A stretch of 51,750 nucleotides of DNA, the filler included, from Squatina squatina (taxonomy: Eukaryota), in the NCBI GenBank assembly GCA_031763465.1. It is 3 parts of 3 records of this genome, joined end to end, with 100 filler letters (N's around TTAATTAATTAA, not from the genome) between each part and the next. Parts side by side here need not be neighbours in the genome. Positions count along the whole stretch, not along the records: positions 38,021 to 51,750 come from JARFOE010000051.1; 2 more parts are not named here. The stretch is one strand, 5' to 3'. How positions within the stretch are numbered: position 1 is the stretch's first letter; every line of letters starts with the position of its first letter. A program made the translations under genes and the position numbers. Below the pieces are notes generated by a model. The model was not told the DNA's origin. It made no database searches and was given only the letters and a program-made list of their open reading frames with translations. Shown piece after piece: positions 48,640-51,750 of the stretch.

Positions 48640-48955
48640 ATCACAACAACTCATTGCATAATTTTCTTTCCTCATGTTGCCTTCAGTTCTTTTGCCCATC
48701 ACCTCTAGTTTCCAACCCTTCTGCCACCAGATACAATTTCTCGTTATTTACTCTATCAAAACCCCTCCATTCTCAGCACCTCTGTTAAATCTCCTCTTAA
48801 CCTTCTCTGCTCTAAGGAGAGCCCCAGCTTCTCCACACAACTGAAGTCCCTCATCCCTAATACTATTCTAGCAAACCCTGCATCCTCTGCATGTGTGGTG
48901 CCCAGAATTGGCCACAATACTCCAGCTGAGGCCTAACCAGTGTTTTACAAAGGTT
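48640..48955 (-). mobile_element. CR1 ORF2 C-terminal fragment
   Basis: LNLCKTLVRPQLEYCGQFWAPH followed by decayed C-terminal motifs. Confidence 0.85.
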
Positions 48956-49249
48956 CAGTCAGCATAATCAAAAGGCAACAGTTGCATAAATTACACGGAG
49001 ATGTGGAAGATCTCGAAGCTCTGGCCCAGGTATAAGACAGTAGGGAGCCCACTAGTGTTTGAGCTGACGAAAGTGAGGAAAACAATCCAAACAATCATTT
49101 GAGATAAAGACTAAAATTAAAGTTACTTCTCAGATTAAATCCACACTACCCAGTAGCCCACAACCTTTGGAACCAATGTTCGAAACTAAAATGGGTCTTC
49201 AAAAACCAGTTTATTATCTGCGGCTTGTTGGTTGCGCGTGAAGTGGAAA

Positions 49250-49492
49250 AACCAGAGGCAACATGAGGACCAACTTTTTTACGCAACAAGTGATTAGTAT
49301 TTGGAGTGCGCTGCCCATTAGGGTGGTGGATACAGATTCAACAGTAGCCTTCAAAGGAGAATTGGATAAATACTTGAAGGTGAAAAATTGCAGGGATCTG
49401 GGGAAAGAGCGGGGGTCGCTCTTCGAAAGAGCCGGCGCAGACCCGATGGGCCGAATGGCCTCCTTCTGTGCTGTTCTATTCTATGATTCTAT
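49250..49492 (+). mobile_element. CR1 3' end
   Basis: MRTNFFTQQVISIWSALPIRVVDTDSTVAFKGELDKYL and a tail of ttctatgattctat. Confidence 0.9.
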
Positions 49493-50000
49493 CATACTAA
49501 TAATTGTGGCTTAAGAATTTTTTTTGAAAATTGTGGGGGGAAAAAAGGAAAGCAAAAAATTAAGCTTTTGACTAAGATAGGTTTCCCAAAACAAACTAAA
49601 ATACTTGGAATAAAAAGAACTTGAGTAAAACATGGATGAGACGGCAAACAAATTAAAATGATTTCTTGGGACTAAAACAATGGAGCCACATTAAACAGCA
49701 TTTTAGATCCAATTAGTCACATGACATTCAATGTTCTGAGCAAGGCAAATCTCTCTCTTTCTCTCTCTGACCAGTAGTAGTGTTTCTGCTTTAGAAATTT
49801 GAACTGCAAAAACCTAACATCAAATACTGACCCCTTTTGAGTTCAAATGCATCCAGTGAAGTCTGGGCAAAGGTTCAAGGTAGTGCAGATGTCATACGGC
49901 AATCATTCCAGGAACATCTGCCCCCAAAACATCTGTCTCCTAGAACCAGAGTGTACAGTCGCCCGGACACCGAAAGACTGAGGAACCAAAAAGATATCAC

Positions 50001-50060
50001 AAAAGCAAAATACTGCGGATGCTGGAAATCTTAAATAAAAACAAAAAAGGCTGAAAAATT
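50001..50060 (-). mobile_element. Penelope terminal-repeat fragment
   Basis: aaaagcaaaatactgcggatgctggaaatcttaaataaaaacaaaaaaggctg, overlapping in homology with the start of 36944. Confidence 0.6.
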
Positions 50061-50061
50061 G

Positions 50062-50421
50062 AAGATTTGAGTACAGGAGCAAGGATATCTTACTGCAGTT
50101 ATACAGGGCCTTGGTGAGACCACATCTGGAGTATTGTGTGCAGTTTTAGTCTCCTTACCTGAGGAAGAATGTTCTTGCCATAGAGGGAGTGCAACGAAGG
50201 TTCACCAGACTGATTCCTGGGATGGCAGGATTGACGAACGAAGAGAGATTGGGTCGATTCGGCTTATATTCGCTGGAGTTTAGAAGAATGAGAGGAGACC
50301 TCACTGAAACTTGTAAAATTCTTCCAGAGCTTGACAGGGTAGAGGCAGGGAGGATGTTTCCCCTGGCTGGGGAGTCTAGAACCAGGGGTCACAGTCTCAG
50401 AATAAGGGGTCGGCCATTTAG
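50062..50421 (+). mobile_element. CR1 ORF2 C-terminal fragment
   Basis: LVRPHLEYCVQF...QRRFTRLIPGMAGL...RRMRGDLTETCKIL...ESRTRGHSLRIRGRPF. Confidence 0.95.
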
Positions 50422-50629
50422 NNNNNNNNNNNNNNNNNNNNNNNNNNNNNNNNNNNNNNNNNNNNNNNNNNNNNNNNNNNNNNNNNNNNNNNNNNNNNNN
50501 NNNNNNNNNNNNNNNNNNNNNAAACACAGCCACTTAGTTCTTATGTGTCTATTCACTACTGCTGATTAGCTTCAGACACCTGATGGCACCAGACTGACTA
50601 ATGAAAAGGGCCCGGACTGCAAAATATAA

Positions 50630-51075
50630 AATCTATCTGCCCTATCAAAACCCTTCACATATTTGAACACCTCTATTAAATCACCCCTCAACCTTCTCTG
50701 CTCTAAGGGGAACAATCCCAGCTTCTCCAGTATATCCACATAACTGAAATCCCTCATCCCTGGTACCATTCCAGTAAATCTCCTCTGTACCCTCTCCGGG
50801 GCCTTGATATCTTTTCCAAAGTGTGGTGCCAAGAATTGGGCAAAATACTGCAGCTGAAGCCGATCCAGTGATTTATAAATATTTAGCATAACTTCCTTGT
50901 TTATGTACCATTTAGTTTATGTTGCCTCTTGTCATTTTTCCTTCCAAAATGCACCATTCCACACTTCTCTCCATTAAATTCCATCTGCCATCCGTCTCCC
51001 ATTTCACCAGTCTGTCTCTATCCTCCTGAAGTCTGCTACTATCCTCCTCACTGTTTACTACATTTCCAAACTTTG
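50630..51075 (-). mobile_element. CR1 ORF2 C-terminal fragment
   Basis: WQMEFNGEKCGMVHFG...MLNIYKSLDRLQLQYFAQFLAPHFGKDIKAPERVQRRFT...RRLRGDLIEVFK. Confidence 0.9.
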
Positions 51076-51750
51076 CTAATATCTATTAGGAAATTAAGAA
51101 GAAACAAATGAAAATATTCCAACTTCCAAGTTGTATCTTTCCATCCAGGTCTTTGTATTTGCTCTATCTTTATATATTTAACTTTGATGAACTATCCTGA
51201 GCTGGGGGCATTTTGCAATCAGGCGATCCATTGTGTCACTGATACCTTACACGAAGCCCATGGAGTCAATGACCCTGAAAGTTCAAAGGAGCGATGCTCC
51301 AACTGTGAAGTGAGCTCTCTCTGTGCAGGGTGCAAAGCATCTATTTGCCATCAATGTTTACTGTATATCGATTTTTTTTCCCTGATAAAGAAACACAGTT
51401 GGTATGCGTGAATAAAATACCATTAAAATCTTGGAAAACAATATGGGGGTTTGTTGGATATTCTGAAATCTAACTATAATGTTTGTTAAATGCTTGTCTT
51501 GTCATATTAATCGGGTTAGATTGTTCAGTAACTTAGTCAGTAAAACAATACACAAAAAGTCAAACCTTTTCACAACTCTGTTCCTTTATTGACAATGATT
51601 CAAATACAGGATAAGCATAAACTAAGATAAATTAGAGATTTTACAAGTGAGTTTCTTGCAGTACTGGATTGTTAGATGAAGCTTAAAGCAGAAGAACAAA
51701 TTAGGGAAAGAGCTACTTTATTTTGAAGGCTAGAAAGAGGGTCTGTGCAT

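Noticed and set aside
1003-50521. Regularly spaced equal-length N blocks suggesting an array
   Set aside because: Placeholder gaps of unknown size, often at repeat edges. There are no CRISPR-like repeats or spacers.

Overview
Fragmented vertebrate genomic DNA, almost certainly from a cartilaginous fish (shark), judged from its repeat content: CR1/HER1 and L2 LINEs, RTE, HE1-type V-SINEs, SacSINE1-type Deu-SINEs, Penelope and Harbinger relics. About 35 N-runs break the window, most of them exactly 100 nt. Two of them contain an artificial palindromic TTAATTAATTAA linker (44N+12+44N), so the window is probably three joined blocks: 1-14359, 14460-37920 and 38021-51750. I recognise only two host coding pieces. 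One is a gap-truncated first exon of an HCN-family channel in a CpG island (37580-37920). The other is a 160-nt internal exon of MARK4 (38435-38594). They sit on opposite sides of a linker, so their adjacency is not trustworthy. The most interesting extras are a minimal Penelope-type hammerhead ribozyme motif about 540 bp upstream of the HCN ATG, several PIF/Harbinger relics (two Myb/SANT exons, a transposase with its core deleted in frame, and a palindromic TAA-flanked MITE), a triple-hairpin element, and candidate minus-strand exons running away from the HCN promoter. I see no convincing novel multi-gene system. Family assignments come from recalled sequences, not from database searches, and repeat boundaries are approximate.
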